Part shown: piece by piece, positions 48,675-59,413 of the stretch
How the letters are laid out: every line of letters begins with the position of its first letter
How positions within the stretch are numbered: the first letter of the stretch is position 1
The notes under the pieces: generated by a model
Seen by the model: only the letters and a program-made list of their open reading frames with translations
Database searches by the model: none
What the model was told of the DNA's origin: nothing
Origin: Alphaproteobacteria bacterium
GTDB taxonomy: Bacteria; Pseudomonadota; Alphaproteobacteria; UBA6615
Direction of reading: 5' to 3'
Assembly (NCBI GenBank): GCA_049601915.1
Contig: JBMYRB010000002.1
Span: forward strand, 410,648-474,647
Length of the DNA: 64,000 nucleotides
Made by a program: the position numbers and the translations under genes

Positions 48675-50162
48675 ATGAAGATGCCTGAACCCGATGCCCA
48701 GACCCTCGCGCGACGCGAAGAGATCGTCGCGGAGATGCGCGCCATAGTGCCGGGTGAGGGGGTGATCGCCGACGAGACCGGCATGGCGGTCTATGAATCC
48801 GACGGGCTCACGGCCTACCGGCAGTTGCCGATGATCGTCGTCCTGCCCGAGACGGTCGCCCAAATCTCCGCGATCATGCGCTACTGCACCGAGAACAACG
48901 TGAAGATCGTCCCGCGCGGGGCCGGCACGTCGCTGTCGGGCGGTGCGCTGCCGGCGGCCGATGCGATCACGCTGGGGCTCGGCAAGTTCAACCGGGTGCT
49001 CGAGATCGATTACGAAAATCGCTGCGCCGTCGTCCAGCCCGGGGTGACCAATCTCGGGATTACCCGCGCGGTCGAGGCGGATGGCTTCTACTATGCGCCG
49101 GATCCGTCGAGCCAGATTGCCTGCACCATCGGCGGCAACGTGGCGGAGAATTCGGGTGGCGTGCATTGCCTGAAATACGGCCTGACCACCAACAATATCC
49201 TCGGCATCGAGATGGTGCTGCCCGACGGCGCGATCCTGCGCCTCGGCGGCAAACATATGGATTCCGAGGGTTATGACCTGCTGGGTTTGATGACCGGCTC
49301 GGAAGGCCTTCTGGGCGTAATCACGGAAGTGACGGTGCGAATCCTGCCCAAGCCGACCACGGCGCGCGCGTTGATGATCGGGTTCGAATCCAGCACTGCG
49401 GGCGGGCAATGTGTCGCCGATATCATCGGTGCGGGGATCATTCCCGGCGGGATGGAGATGATGGACCGGCCCGCGATCAAGGCTGCCGAGGCGTTCGTGC
49501 AGGTCGGCTACCCGCTCGATGTCGAAGCGTTGCTGCTGGTGGAGCTCGACGGCCCTCCGGTGGAGGTCGACTACCTGATCGGCCGTGTGCGTGAGATCGC
49601 CGAGGGGCTGGGCGCGGTCTCGATCCGGGTGTCCGAGAATGAAGAGGAACGCAACCAGTTCTGGGCGGGTCGCAAGGCCGCATTCCCCGCGATCGGCCGT
49701 CTGACACCCGATTACTACTGCATGGACGGCACGATCCCGCGCCACCGCCTGCCCGAAGTGCTTGAGCGGATGTCCGGCCTGTCGGAGAAATACGGGCTAG
49801 GTGTCGCCAATGTTTTCCATGCCGGCGACGGCAATCTGCACCCGCTTATCATGTATGACGCCAACAAGCCGGGCGAGCTCGACCGGGCGGAGAATTTCGG
49901 CTCCGATATTCTGCGCCTGTGTGTCGAGGTCGGCGGCGTTCTCACCGGCGAACATGGTGTGGGGGTCGAGAAGCGCGACCTGATGTCCGAAGTCTTCACC
50001 GACGACGACCTGAACCAGCAGATGCGGGTCAAGTGCGCCTTCGACCCCAACCAGCTGCTCAACCCGGGCAAGGTCTTCCCGACCCTGCACCGCTGCGCCG
50101 AGCTGGGGCGCATGCATATTCATCGTGGCCAGATGCCGTTCCCCGATTTGCCACGTTTTTGA
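48675..50162 (+). CDS. glcD: Glycolate oxidase subunit GlcD (FAD-linked oxidase)
   Basis: 495 aa with FAD-binding PCMH domain (VVLPETVAQISAIMRYCTENNVKIVPRGAGTSLSGGA) and a C-terminal FAD-oxidase domain. Confidence 0.9.
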   Translation: MKMPEPDAQTLARREEIVAEMRAIVPGEGVIADETGMAVYESDGLTAYRQLPMIVVLPETVAQISAIMRYCTENNVKIVPRGAGTSLSGGALPAADAITLGLGKFNRVLEIDYENRCAVVQPGVTNLGITRAVEADGFYYAPDPSSQIACTIGGNVAENSGGVHCLKYGLTTNNILGIEMVLPDGAILRLGGKHMDSEGYDLLGLMTGSEGLLGVITEVTVRILPKPTTARALMIGFESSTAGGQCVADIIGAGIIPGGMEMMDRPAIKAAEAFVQVGYPLDVEALLLVELDGPPVEVDYLIGRVREIAEGLGAVSIRVSENEEERNQFWAGRKAAFPAIGRLTPDYYCMDGTIPRHRLPEVLERMSGLSEKYGLGVANVFHAGDGNLHPLIMYDANKPGELDRAENFGSDILRLCVEVGGVLTGEHGVGVEKRDLMSEVFTDDDLNQQMRVKCAFDPNQLLNPGKVFPTLHRCAELGRMHIHRGQMPFPDLPRF

Positions 50163-50170
50163 GTTCTGAG

Positions 50171-51379
50171 ATGGTAGAGACCCTCAAACCCGATACCACC
50201 AAACAGGTCGTCGAGGCGATTGGCTGGGCGACCGGCGAGGAAACGCCGCTCGAGATCGTCGGTACCGGAACCAAGCGCGGCTTTGGCCGGCCCATGGGCG
50301 GCGGTAACCGCACCATCGCCCACGCCCTCGATCTGTCCGGGCTTTCCGGCATCACGCTCTATGAGCCCGAGGAGCTTGTTCTGTCGGCCTGGGCAGGTAC
50401 GCCGCTGGCCGAGATCGAGGCGGCTGTTGCCGCAAAAGGTCAGATGCTGGCCTTCGAGCCGCCGCGTTTTGCGCGGCTCTACGGCGAAGAGGGCGGTACG
50501 CTGGGTGGCATGATCGCGTGCAATCTCGCCGGTCCGCGGCGGGTCAAGGCGGGCGCGGCGCGTGACCACATTCTGGGCATCGAGGCCGTGACCGGTCGCG
50601 GCGATCTGGTGAAGAGCGGCGGGCGGGTGGTCAAGAATGTGACGGGTTATGATCTGTCGAAGCTGCTGACCGGATCCTTCGGCACCCTGGCGGCGATGAC
50701 ACAGATCACGATCAAGGTCCTGCCCGCGGCAGAGACCGAAGAAACAATTCTGGTCTCTGGCGCCGACGAGGTTGCCGCTGCCGACCTTATGTCTGCCGCA
50801 CTCAACTCCAGCAACGAGGTTTCCGGTGCCGCGCATCTGCCCGTCGGTACGGCGTCGGTGCCGGGGCCGGTCACGGCATTTCGGATCGAAGGTTTTGCAC
50901 CCTCGGTTGCCGCGCGTGGCGATGCGCTGCGCGACCTAGTGGAGGGACATGGCAGCGTCTCGACGCTTGCGCGTGAGGGCTCGCGCCCATTTTGGGGATC
51001 GGTGCGTGATGTCGAGGGATTGGGCGATGGAGACGCACCGCTCTGGCGGCTCTCGGTCACACCGGACAGGGCCGCCGAAATCGCAACGTCCATCGCGGCA
51101 AACCTCCCGGGCAAAACGCTCTATGACTGGGGCGGGGGCCTCGTTTGGTATGCGCTTGGTGATAGCGCGCCCGATGCGGGCGCAGCTGCGATACGCGGCG
51201 CGCTCGCGGCGAACGGCGGTGGCCACGCCACCCTCGTTCGCGCGTCCAGACAAATGCGGCGCACACTCGAAGTGTTCGAGCCTCAGCCGGCACCTCTGGC
51301 GGCCCTGTCGGCCCGGGTAAAGGAAAGCTTCGACCCGCGCCATATCCTCAACCCCGGCCGCATGTATAGCGGGGTCTAG
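50171..51379 (+). CDS. glcE: Glycolate oxidase FAD-binding subunit GlcE
   Basis: FAD-binding domain without the C-terminal substrate domain. Sits between glcD and glcF. Start placed at the MVETLKPD ATG at 50171. Confidence 0.85.
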   Translation: MVETLKPDTTKQVVEAIGWATGEETPLEIVGTGTKRGFGRPMGGGNRTIAHALDLSGLSGITLYEPEELVLSAWAGTPLAEIEAAVAAKGQMLAFEPPRFARLYGEEGGTLGGMIACNLAGPRRVKAGAARDHILGIEAVTGRGDLVKSGGRVVKNVTGYDLSKLLTGSFGTLAAMTQITIKVLPAAETEETILVSGADEVAAADLMSAALNSSNEVSGAAHLPVGTASVPGPVTAFRIEGFAPSVAARGDALRDLVEGHGSVSTLAREGSRPFWGSVRDVEGLGDGDAPLWRLSVTPDRAAEIATSIAANLPGKTLYDWGGGLVWYALGDSAPDAGAAAIRGALAANGGGHATLVRASRQMRRTLEVFEPQPAPLAALSARVKESFDPRHILNPGRMYSGV

Positions 51380-51382
51380 CCG

Positions 51383-52675
51383 ATGCAAACCCACTTCTCA
51401 CTGGCCCAGCTCGCCGACCCCGATATCGCGGTCGCCAACGACATCCTCCGCGCGTGTGTGCATTGCGGCTTCTGCACCGCGACCTGCCCGACCTATGTGG
51501 AGTTGGGGGACGAACTCGACAGCCCGCGTGGGCGCATTTACCTGATGAAGCAGATGCTGGAAGCCGACGCGCCGGCCGACGAGGAGACCGTCCGCCATGT
51601 GGACCGTTGCCTGTCCTGCCTGTCTTGCATGACCACCTGCCCGTCGGGCGTGCACTACCAGCATCTAGTCGATCATGGCCGCAAGCATATCGAAGAGACC
51701 TATACCCGGCCCCTGTTCGACCGGATGATCCGCTGGGCCCTGGCCTGGTCGATCCCCTATCCGCTGCGGTTTCGCGCTCTGCTGGCCGCCGCGTCCCTAG
51801 CCCGCCCGCTGCGTGGTCTCTTCCGGGGACGGACCCGCGCCATGCTGGAACTCGCGCCGACCAATCTCGGGCCGCCGTCACCAGTGGACGTGCCCCAGGT
51901 CATCCCCGCGGAAGGCACGCGCCGTGGGCGCGTGGCATTGCTGAACGGCTGCGCCCAGACGGTCATTGCGCCGCAGATCAACGAGGCGACCGTGCGCCTG
52001 CTGACCCGGCTCGGGGTCGAGGTTGTGGTAGCCGACGGTGCCGGCTGCTGCGGCTCGCTCGTGCATCACATGGGCAAGGTCGAAGCCTCCCATGCGCAAG
52101 CCGCGGCGAACATCGACGCCTGGCTCGCCGAAGCCGATGGCGACGGGCTGGATGCCATCATCATCAACACCAGCGGCTGCGGCACGCAGGTCAAGGATTA
52201 CGGCTTCATGTTCCGCGAGGATGCCGTCTATGCCGACAAGGCGGCCCGGGTGGCGGAACTGACCAATGACGTCAGCGAGTATCTGGCCGCCCTGGAGCCC
52301 GAGTTGTCCCCAGTCGCCGATATTCCAGAACTGCGCGTGACCTATCATTCGGCTTGCTCGATGCAGCATGGTCAGCAAATCCGCACGCCGCCCGAGGCGC
52401 TGCTCGCGGCCGCCGGGTTTACGGTGCGCGAACCGGGCGAGGGGCACCTGTGCTGCGGATCGGCCGGCACCTACAACATCCTGCAGCCAGAGATCGCAGG
52501 GCGCCTGCGTGATCGCAAGGCAGCCAACATCGCTCGCACCACGCCCGAAGTGGTGGCGACCGGCAACATCGGCTGTATCACCCAGCTTGCCGGCGCGCTG
52601 GACGCGCCCGTGCTCCATACGGTGGAGTTGCTCGATTGGGCGACCGGTGGCCCGAAGCCGAAAAATCTCGACTAG
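51383..52675 (+). CDS. glcF: Glycolate oxidase iron-sulfur subunit GlcF
   Basis: Two 4Fe-4S ferredoxin motifs (CVHCGFCTATCP, CLSCLSCMTTCP) and C-terminal CCG cysteine-rich domains (CCGSLV, CCGSAG). Confidence 0.9.
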   Translation: MQTHFSLAQLADPDIAVANDILRACVHCGFCTATCPTYVELGDELDSPRGRIYLMKQMLEADAPADEETVRHVDRCLSCLSCMTTCPSGVHYQHLVDHGRKHIEETYTRPLFDRMIRWALAWSIPYPLRFRALLAAASLARPLRGLFRGRTRAMLELAPTNLGPPSPVDVPQVIPAEGTRRGRVALLNGCAQTVIAPQINEATVRLLTRLGVEVVVADGAGCCGSLVHHMGKVEASHAQAAANIDAWLAEADGDGLDAIIINTSGCGTQVKDYGFMFREDAVYADKAARVAELTNDVSEYLAALEPELSPVADIPELRVTYHSACSMQHGQQIRTPPEALLAAAGFTVREPGEGHLCCGSAGTYNILQPEIAGRLRDRKAANIARTTPEVVATGNIGCITQLAGALDAPVLHTVELLDWATGGPKPKNLD

Positions 52676-52681
52676 GCCGGC

Positions 52682-53140
52682 CTAGCCCTTCGGCGCGCGT
52701 TCCCACACGATCGTGGCAGTCGATGTGCCGTCGCCACCCTTGCCCGTCAGGACCATGCGGTCGCCCTGATGGTCGATCTCGCGGGTGCGGTCGTTGCCGA
52801 CGAAGTTTTCGTTCAGCGCATGGGCGATATGGTGGGTGACAGTGTTGCCATCGAGGGACCATCGGCCGGCATAATTCAGATAGGTATCGAACATCCGCGC
52901 CTTGTCGGCGTCCGTCGCGTCGGCCGTGGGCGAGAAGTCGCGTGTGCCCCAGCGGGTGATGGCACTCATATGTCCGTCGGCGGTGTACATGATGATGCCG
53001 CTGGGTTCCGGCCCCTGATGCTGCACGCGCGCGCCGTCGGGGTCGTCACGATAAGTGTCCACGAGATACCAGGTGCCGATGATGTCGTCGGGGGTGAGAG
53101 CCATAAGTGCGTGTCCTGAATGAAAATGCGTCGGGGTCAT
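52682..53140 (-). CDS. Lipocalin-like domain-containing protein (hypothetical)
   Basis: DIIGTWYLVD N-terminal strand and an about 150-aa beta-rich pattern. The start is uncertain (53140 or 53101). The track's upstream extension is unlikely. Confidence 0.5.
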   Translation of the reverse strand: MTPTHFHSGHALMALTPDDIIGTWYLVDTYRDDPDGARVQHQGPEPSGIIMYTADGHMSAITRWGTRDFSPTADATDADKARMFDTYLNYAGRWSLDGNTVTHHIAHALNENFVGNDRTREIDHQGDRMVLTGKGGDGTSTATIVWERAPKG

Positions 53141-53428
53141 TATAGAGTTCCTGCGCGATGCACGAAGCTGTGACTGGCCGGTTGGGCGGCGGTCAGGAAC
53201 ACTCCAGGCCATGTTACGAACCGTCTCGCTTTTTCTGCTTCTGATTGCTGCCGGTCCCGCAGGGGCCGACGACTGGCCTGCGTTCCGTCTCGACCCGTCC
53301 CACGGCGCGTGGGCAGGAACTATAGTTCCTGCGATAATCGTTGGCTTCCGGGGCTCGACTTTTGCGACCGCACACCCGATATTTCATGCATCACCTAGTT
53401 TGAATTTCTCTCGCCGGAATGTCGTTCC

Positions 53429-54640
53429 ATGTCTCAGGCACTTGGCCGAAAACAGCTAATAGTGATGGGCGCGGGCGCAGGCCTGCTCGCCGTCGCACTG
53501 GGTGTGCGCCAAGGCATGGGTTTCTTCCTGGTGCCGATGACGGTCGACCTCGAATGGAGCCGGGAGCTCTTCGGCCTCGCGATGGCGGTTCAGAACCTGA
53601 TCTGGGGGGCTTTCCAGCCGCTCGCGGGCGGGCTTGCCGACCGCTACGGCTCTGGCAAGGTCATCATGGGCGGCGGTGCGCTTTATGCCTTGGGTGTGGT
53701 GAGCATGGCGAGTGCCGTGACACCGACGGAGTTGCTGATTTCTGGCGGTGTGCTTATTGGTCTGGGCATGAGCGGCGCGGGAATTTCCGTGGTGTATGGC
53801 GCGGTCGCGCGTCTCGTGGTGCCCGAGAAACGAACCTATGCATTGGCCATCGTCAGTACCATCGGTGCACTGGGGCCCTTTGTGCTGCCCAAAGTTACCC
53901 AGGTCGTGATCGGGGGTTTTGGCTGGGAATGGTCGCTGCTGGCGACCGCGGCGGTTGTAGCCTTGATGATCCCGCTTGGCGGCATGATGCGCGGGAAAGC
54001 GATTGACGAAGAAAGTGCCACACCCCAGAGCTGGTCTCAGGCGCTGGGTGAAGCACGCAAGAGCCGCGGCTATCTATTGTTGGTGGCCGGTTTTTTCGTA
54101 TGCGGTTTCCACGTGACCTTCATCGGGACCCATCTGCCGGGATTTGTTGCCTGGTGTGGTCTTGCGGTCGGCGTTGGCGGGACGGCGCTGACTGTCATCG
54201 GCGGCGGCAATATCCTCGGCACCTACCTTGCCGGTGTCTTGAGCAATCGCTTCCGCCAGAAGAATCTACTCAGCCTAATCTATCTCGCGCGTGCGCTGCT
54301 CATCGCTTGGCTGATGTTGATGCCCAAGACTGAAATGACGATCTACATCTTCTCCGGCGTGTTCGGCCTGCTTTGGCTGTCAACGGTGCCCCTGACCAGC
54401 GGCGTGGTGGCCAAGATGTTCGGCGCACGCCATCTCGGCATGCTGTTCGGGCTGGTGTTCTTCAGTCACCAGATCGGCGCGTTCCTCGGTGCCTGGCTCG
54501 GCGGCCTGAATTTCGATGTGACCGGCGACTATAATGCGGTCTGGTACACATCGATCCTGCTGGGTCTGCTGGCGGCGGCGCTCCACTGGCCGATCCGCGA
54601 TGAGCCGGTCGAGCGGCTGTTGTCAGCGCAGTCGGCCTGA
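53429..54640 (+). CDS. MFS transporter
   Basis: 403 aa with 12 predicted TM segments and MFS-type loops (GGLADRYGSGKVIMGG). Confidence 0.8.
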   Translation: MSQALGRKQLIVMGAGAGLLAVALGVRQGMGFFLVPMTVDLEWSRELFGLAMAVQNLIWGAFQPLAGGLADRYGSGKVIMGGGALYALGVVSMASAVTPTELLISGGVLIGLGMSGAGISVVYGAVARLVVPEKRTYALAIVSTIGALGPFVLPKVTQVVIGGFGWEWSLLATAAVVALMIPLGGMMRGKAIDEESATPQSWSQALGEARKSRGYLLLVAGFFVCGFHVTFIGTHLPGFVAWCGLAVGVGGTALTVIGGGNILGTYLAGVLSNRFRQKNLLSLIYLARALLIAWLMLMPKTEMTIYIFSGVFGLLWLSTVPLTSGVVAKMFGARHLGMLFGLVFFSHQIGAFLGAWLGGLNFDVTGDYNAVWYTSILLGLLAAALHWPIRDEPVERLLSAQSA

Positions 54641-54789
54641 TTACACCCGGTTTTCCGAGCTCTAACACCGCAGCAGCCAGTTTATTCCGTTTCGCCGTTT
54701 TCAAGCAGCCGTGACTTGTTTTCGCGTGCGCGCATCCCCATCGTATGGGTACGGCGCATGGATTTGCGCAGGCACGAACGGAGAATGAC

Positions 54790-55767
54790 ATGCTGGTTAA
54801 GGTGAAGCAGCGCTGGGAGCTGCCCGAGAGCGCGGTCACACCCGAGGACATTTATCTCAATCGCCGCCAGATCGTGAAAGCGCTGGGTATCGCCCCCGCC
54901 GTTGCGGCGTCCGCGAGCGTGCTGCCTTCCGGTATGGCGATGGCCGCGACGGACCCGTCCGCCAGTCTCTACCCGGTGCCGCGCAACGAGAAGTACACGG
55001 TCGAACGCCCGCTGACGTCGGAGAAAGAAGCCACCACCTACAACAATTTCTATGAGTTCGGTTCCCACAAGCAGATTTCGCACGCAGCCCAGCGGCTGGA
55101 GACCCGCTCGTGGAACATCATTATCGACGGCATGGTCGAGAAGGAGTTCGAGATCGGGATCGAAGATCTGTTGAAGCAGGTCCAGCTCGAGGAGCGGGTC
55201 TACCGTTTTCGCTGCGTCGAGGCCTGGGCCATGACGGTGCCGTGGTCCGGATTTCCGATGAAGCAGTTGGTCGATCTGGCCAAGCCGACCTCAGGTGCCA
55301 AGTATGTGATGATGCAGACGATCGCCGAGAGCAAGGCGGAGATGCCCGGTCTGCGTCAGTTCTGGTATCCGTGGCCTTATCAGGAAGGCCTGACCATGGA
55401 AGAGGCGACCAACGATCTTGCCTTTATGGTCACGGGCCTCTACGGCAAGCCGGTGCCGCCTCAGAATGGTGCGCCCCTGCGGTTGGCAGTACCGTGGAAG
55501 TACGGCTTCAAGTCGATCAAGTCGATCATCCGCTTCTCGTTCACGGACAAGCAGCCCAAGACCTTCTGGGAGTCGCTGCAGGACAAGGAGTATGGCTTCT
55601 GGGCCAACGTCAATCCGGAGATTGACCATCCGCGCTGGAGCCAGGCCACCGAGTGGCAACTGGGCGGCCGCCAGAGCGATCGGGTTCCGACGCGGCTCTA
55701 CAACGGCTATGGCGAGTTTGTGGCGGGCATGTATCCGGCCGATGCGGGCGATTCCTACTTCCGCTAG
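54790..55767 (+). CDS. msrP: Protein-methionine-sulfoxide reductase catalytic subunit MsrP (YedY, molybdopterin-dependent)
   Basis: MLVKVKQRWELPESAVTPEDIYLNRRQIVKALGIAPAVAASA (Tat-type signal region) and the sulfite-oxidase-family Moco core (FRCVEAWAMTVPWSGFP). No msrQ follows. Confidence 0.85.
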   Translation: MLVKVKQRWELPESAVTPEDIYLNRRQIVKALGIAPAVAASASVLPSGMAMAATDPSASLYPVPRNEKYTVERPLTSEKEATTYNNFYEFGSHKQISHAAQRLETRSWNIIIDGMVEKEFEIGIEDLLKQVQLEERVYRFRCVEAWAMTVPWSGFPMKQLVDLAKPTSGAKYVMMQTIAESKAEMPGLRQFWYPWPYQEGLTMEEATNDLAFMVTGLYGKPVPPQNGAPLRLAVPWKYGFKSIKSIIRFSFTDKQPKTFWESLQDKEYGFWANVNPEIDHPRWSQATEWQLGGRQSDRVPTRLYNGYGEFVAGMYPADAGDSYFR

Positions 55768-55836
55768 TCGTGGACGCACCGTCGCGTGCGCACCTGTTCA
55801 AGCGGCGCATCGCCTGAGTGAGCAAAACCGATATCC

Positions 55837-55868
55837 GAAAAATAAAGCCGGGCCACGAAGGGCCCGGC
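55837..55868 (-). terminator. Putative rho-independent terminator on the minus strand
   Basis: An 8-bp GC stem GCCGGGCC/GGCCCGGC (loop ACGAAG). On the minus strand it is followed by UUUAUUUUU. It lies 237 nt downstream of the LysR stop. Confidence 0.35.
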
Positions 55869-56104
55869 AGTTGAACAGGGAGGGGTTACGTCTTGGGAGA
55901 CGCTGAGGCCATGTTCGGCGACCTCGAGGCCAACTGGTTTACTGGGAGGGACAAGCCAGCGGCGTGGTGCGTGTTGCACCGTGTATACGAAATAGATAGT
56001 GCGCCTATGCTCCTAAGAGGAGGCCGCCAAACCGTTAACCAGATATGCGTGAAACGCATGCCTTGAAACTGTGTTATTTCAAGTGCTTGGCGGAAACCTG
56101 AATT

Positions 56105-57004
56105 CTAGAACCGGGTTTCGGAGACCTTGCGGAGCAGAAAATCCCGGAAAACGGCGATTCTCTGGGAACTGCGCATTTCCTCAGGATATACGAAATATGC
56201 ATCGTTTCCCGGTCCCTCGAGCTCCGGCAGGATTCGTACCAGATTCTTGGCTTCACGGGCCAGAAAATCCGGTAATCCCGCCACGCCGATCCCGGCTTCG
56301 ACCGCGCGGAACATCGCATACAGGTTATTCAGGGTCAGAATTTTGTGCGGTTCCTCATTGGTCGCGTCGCGCACCGCATTCAGGAGCCAGTTGATGTTGG
56401 GCGCAGGCACAGCGACATCCTCGCCATAGACCACGAGGTCGTGGTTCGCGAGGTCCCTGACCTTCTCGGGCATGCCCCGGGCCTGCAAATAGTCCGGCGA
56501 TGCGAACACATGGGTGTGGACCCGGGTGAGGCGGCGCTGGATCAGGTCACCCTGGGTCGGCGGGGTCAGCCGGATCGCGCAATCGGCCTCACGCATGGAC
56601 ACATCGAGCTCTTCATCGGTGGTGATCAGGTTCACCTCGACATCCGGGTACATGTCGATGAACTCGTTGATGCGTGGCGTCAGCCAAAGCGACCCCAGCC
56701 CCACCGTTGTGGCAATCTTCAGTTCCCCTTGTGGCCGCTCTTGGGAATCCGTGAGACGGGCCTCGACCATGGTGAGCTTGGCGAACACGTCATGCACGGT
56801 TCGATAGAGCAGCTCGCCCTGTTCGGTGAGGATCAGGCCCCGGGCATGGCGGTGAAACAGGCGTGAGCCCAAGCTGTCTTCCAGCGAACTGATCTGGCGG
56901 CTAACCGCGGACTGGCTCAGATGCAGGGCCTCGCCCGCATGGGTAAAGCTACCGGCGTCCGCGACGGCATGGAATATCCGCAGTTTGTCCCAATCCATGG
57001 CCAT
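56105..57004 (-). CDS. LysR family transcriptional regulator
   Basis: N-terminal wHTH (LRIFHAVADAGSFTHAGEALHLSQSAVSRQISSLE) plus a LysR substrate-binding domain. Confidence 0.85.
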   Translation of the reverse strand: MAMDWDKLRIFHAVADAGSFTHAGEALHLSQSAVSRQISSLEDSLGSRLFHRHARGLILTEQGELLYRTVHDVFAKLTMVEARLTDSQERPQGELKIATTVGLGSLWLTPRINEFIDMYPDVEVNLITTDEELDVSMREADCAIRLTPPTQGDLIQRRLTRVHTHVFASPDYLQARGMPEKVRDLANHDLVVYGEDVAVPAPNINWLLNAVRDATNEEPHKILTLNNLYAMFRAVEAGIGVAGLPDFLAREAKNLVRILPELEGPGNDAYFVYPEEMRSSQRIAVFRDFLLRKVSETRF

Positions 57005-57061
57005 GTGACCGTTCCCCCAAGCATCGCCCCACGGGGGGCGTGCGCGCTGCGTGTGCGCTGT

Positions 57062-58033
57062 TTATTCGGCGGCGTCCCGCGCAGCCTCATCTTCATGCGC
57101 GGCGATGAACTTCTCGGCCTCAAGTGCGGCCATGCAGCCCATACCGGCCGCTGTCACGGCCTGGCGGTAGATCTTGTCCTTGACGTCGCCCGCGGCGAAG
57201 ACGCCGGGAATGTTAGTGGCCGTGCTGTCGGGTGCGGTGACGAGATAACCCTCATCGTCCATGTCGAGCTTGCCCTGGAACACCTTGGTGTTCGGGTCGT
57301 GCCCGATGGCGATGAAGACGCCGTCCACTTCGAGGTCCTGATTGTCACCGCTTTTGACGTTCTTCAGCTTGGCACCCGTCACGCCCGGCGGGTCTTCGGT
57401 ACCCACAACCTCTTCCAGGACCGTGTCCCAAGCGACGTCGATCTTGTCGTGACGCAGCAGGCGGTCCTGCATGATTTTCTCCGCACGCAGCTCGTCGCGG
57501 CGATGGATCAAGGTCACTTTTGAGGCGAAATTCGTCAGGAACAGGGCTTCCTCGACGGCCGTGTTGCCGCCGCCGATCACCGCGACCGGCTTGTCACGAT
57601 AGAAAAAACCGTCGCAGGTCGCGCAGGCCGATACTCCGAAGCCGGAGTATTTCTGTTCGCTTTCGAGGCCGAGCCACTTCGCCGACGCCCCCGTCGCGAC
57701 GATGACCGTATCACCGGTGTAAATGTCGCCGGAATCACCGGTGCAGCTGAAAGGACGGGTAGTGAAGTCCACATCGACGATCAGATCGTCCATGATTTTG
57801 GTGCCGACCTTCTCGGCCTGTTCGACCATCTGCTCCATGAGCCAAGGCCCCTGTATCACATCGGCGAAGCCTGGATAATTCTCGACTTCCGTTGTGATGG
57901 TCAGCTGACCGCCCGGTTGCATGCCGTGCACCATCATCGGCTGGAGGTTCGCGCGCGCGGCATAAATGGCCGCGGTGCAGCCGGCGGCGCCGGAGCCAAG
58001 GATCAAAACCTTGGAATGATGGGTCTCGGACAT
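57062..58033 (-). CDS. trxB: Thioredoxin-disulfide reductase
   Basis: FAD motif [17 protein letters not shown], redox-active CATCDG and NADPH motif [13 protein letters not shown]. Confidence 0.9.
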   Translation of the reverse strand: MSETHHSKVLILGSGAAGCTAAIYAARANLQPMMVHGMQPGGQLTITTEVENYPGFADVIQGPWLMEQMVEQAEKVGTKIMDDLIVDVDFTTRPFSCTGDSGDIYTGDTVIVATGASAKWLGLESEQKYSGFGVSACATCDGFFYRDKPVAVIGGGNTAVEEALFLTNFASKVTLIHRRDELRAEKIMQDRLLRHDKIDVAWDTVLEEVVGTEDPPGVTGAKLKNVKSGDNQDLEVDGVFIAIGHDPNTKVFQGKLDMDDEGYLVTAPDSTATNIPGVFAAGDVKDKIYRQAVTAAGMGCMAALEAEKFIAAHEDEAARDAAE

Positions 58034-58194
58034 GGTGTGGGCGTCCTCTGTGTTGTTCGTTGTGGCGGCATGCGGCGGCGCGCATGCCTGCCTTTTTGCT
58101 GCTAACTAGATAGTCGGGGCACCGGCGGGTGGCAAGCCACCTGCCGGAAACTCACCCGTGAAGTCAGGTTCAGAATGCGATTCGGCGCATCACG

Positions 58195-59304
58195 CTAGAA
58201 CGTGACGACGCTGCGAATCGACTCGCCCTTGTGCATTAGGTCGAAGGCGTTGTTGATGTCGTCCAGCGGCATGACATGGGTGATCAGGTCATCGATGTTG
58301 ATCTTGCCGTCCATGTACCAGTCTACGATTTTCGGCACGTCCGTCCGGCCCTTGGCGCCGCCGAACGCGGTGCCCTGCCAGACACGTCCGGTCACCAACT
58401 GGAATGGCCGGGTGGCAATCTCGGCACCCGCGGGCGCAACACCAATGATCGTCGATTTGCCCCAGCCCTTGTGACAGCATTCCAGCGCCTGGCGCATCAC
58501 CTCGACATTGCCGATGCATTCAAAGGAGTGATCTGCGCCCCCGTCGGTCAGGTCAACCAGATAGGGAACCAAATCGCCCTCAACTTCCGACGGGTTGACG
58601 AAATGGGTCATGCCGAAGGCTTCGGCGATGGCCTTGCGGCCGGGGTTTAGATCGACACCGACGATCTTGTTGGCGCCGACTAGGCGCGCGCCCTGGATAA
58701 CGTTGAGACCGATCCCGCCGAGGCCGAACACAACCACATTGTCGCCGGGTTCGACCTTGGCGGTGTTGATCACCGCCCCGATGCCTGTGGTCACACCGCA
58801 GCCGATGTAGCAGATCTTCTCGAACGGCGCGTCCTCGCGCACCTTGGCGACCGCGATTTCCGGCAGCACGGTGTAGTTGGAGAAGGTCGACGTGCCCATA
58901 TAGTGGAACAGCCGGTCCTTGCCGATCGAGAAGCGCGACGTGCCGTCGGGCATGACGCCCTGGCCCTGGGTCTCGCGAATGGCCTGACAAAGGTTGGTCC
59001 GGCCCGACGTGCAATAGTCGCACTGGCGGCATTCCGGCGTATAGAGGGGGATCGCGTGATCACCCTTCTTCACCGACGTCACACCCTTGCCCACGTCGAC
59101 GACCACGCCCGCACCTTCATGGCCCAGGATCGCGGGAAACAGCCCTTCGGGGTCTGCACCCGACAGGGTGAACTCGTCCGTATGGCAGATCCCGGTTGCC
59201 TTGATCTCGACGAGCACCTCGCCGTCGCGCGGGCCGTCCAGGTTGACCGTTTCGATACTCAGGGGCTTGCCGGCCTCAAGGGCGACGGCGGCGCGGGTTT
59301 CCAT
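58195..59304 (-). CDS. frmA: S-(hydroxymethyl)glutathione dehydrogenase / class III alcohol dehydrogenase
   Basis: 369 aa with zinc ligands (GICHTDEF..GHEGAG), structural zinc CxxCxxCxxxxxxC (CRQCDYCTSGRTNLC) and GLGGIG NAD motif. Start moved to the METRAAV ATG at 59304. Confidence 0.9.
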   Translation of the reverse strand: METRAAVALEAGKPLSIETVNLDGPRDGEVLVEIKATGICHTDEFTLSGADPEGLFPAILGHEGAGVVVDVGKGVTSVKKGDHAIPLYTPECRQCDYCTSGRTNLCQAIRETQGQGVMPDGTSRFSIGKDRLFHYMGTSTFSNYTVLPEIAVAKVREDAPFEKICYIGCGVTTGIGAVINTAKVEPGDNVVVFGLGGIGLNVIQGARLVGANKIVGVDLNPGRKAIAEAFGMTHFVNPSEVEGDLVPYLVDLTDGGADHSFECIGNVEVMRQALECCHKGWGKSTIIGVAPAGAEIATRPFQLVTGRVWQGTAFGGAKGRTDVPKIVDWYMDGKINIDDLITHVMPLDDINNAFDLMHKGESIRSVVTF

Positions 59305-59413
59305 GGCGATATCTCCCGGATACGCGATTGTTCTCTTTGCCGCCGAGTGTCCCAAGGCGTGTTGGGGAGCGCAACCCTGACGGCATGATTTCGGCCGTTT
59401 TAGTCGGCGGATG

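Noticed and set aside
55893-56066. 57-codon TTG-initiated ORF between msrP and the LysR gene
   Set aside because: It has a plausible RBS but no recognisable similarity and no conservation evidence, so it is not reported as a feature. It is mentioned within the msrP finding.
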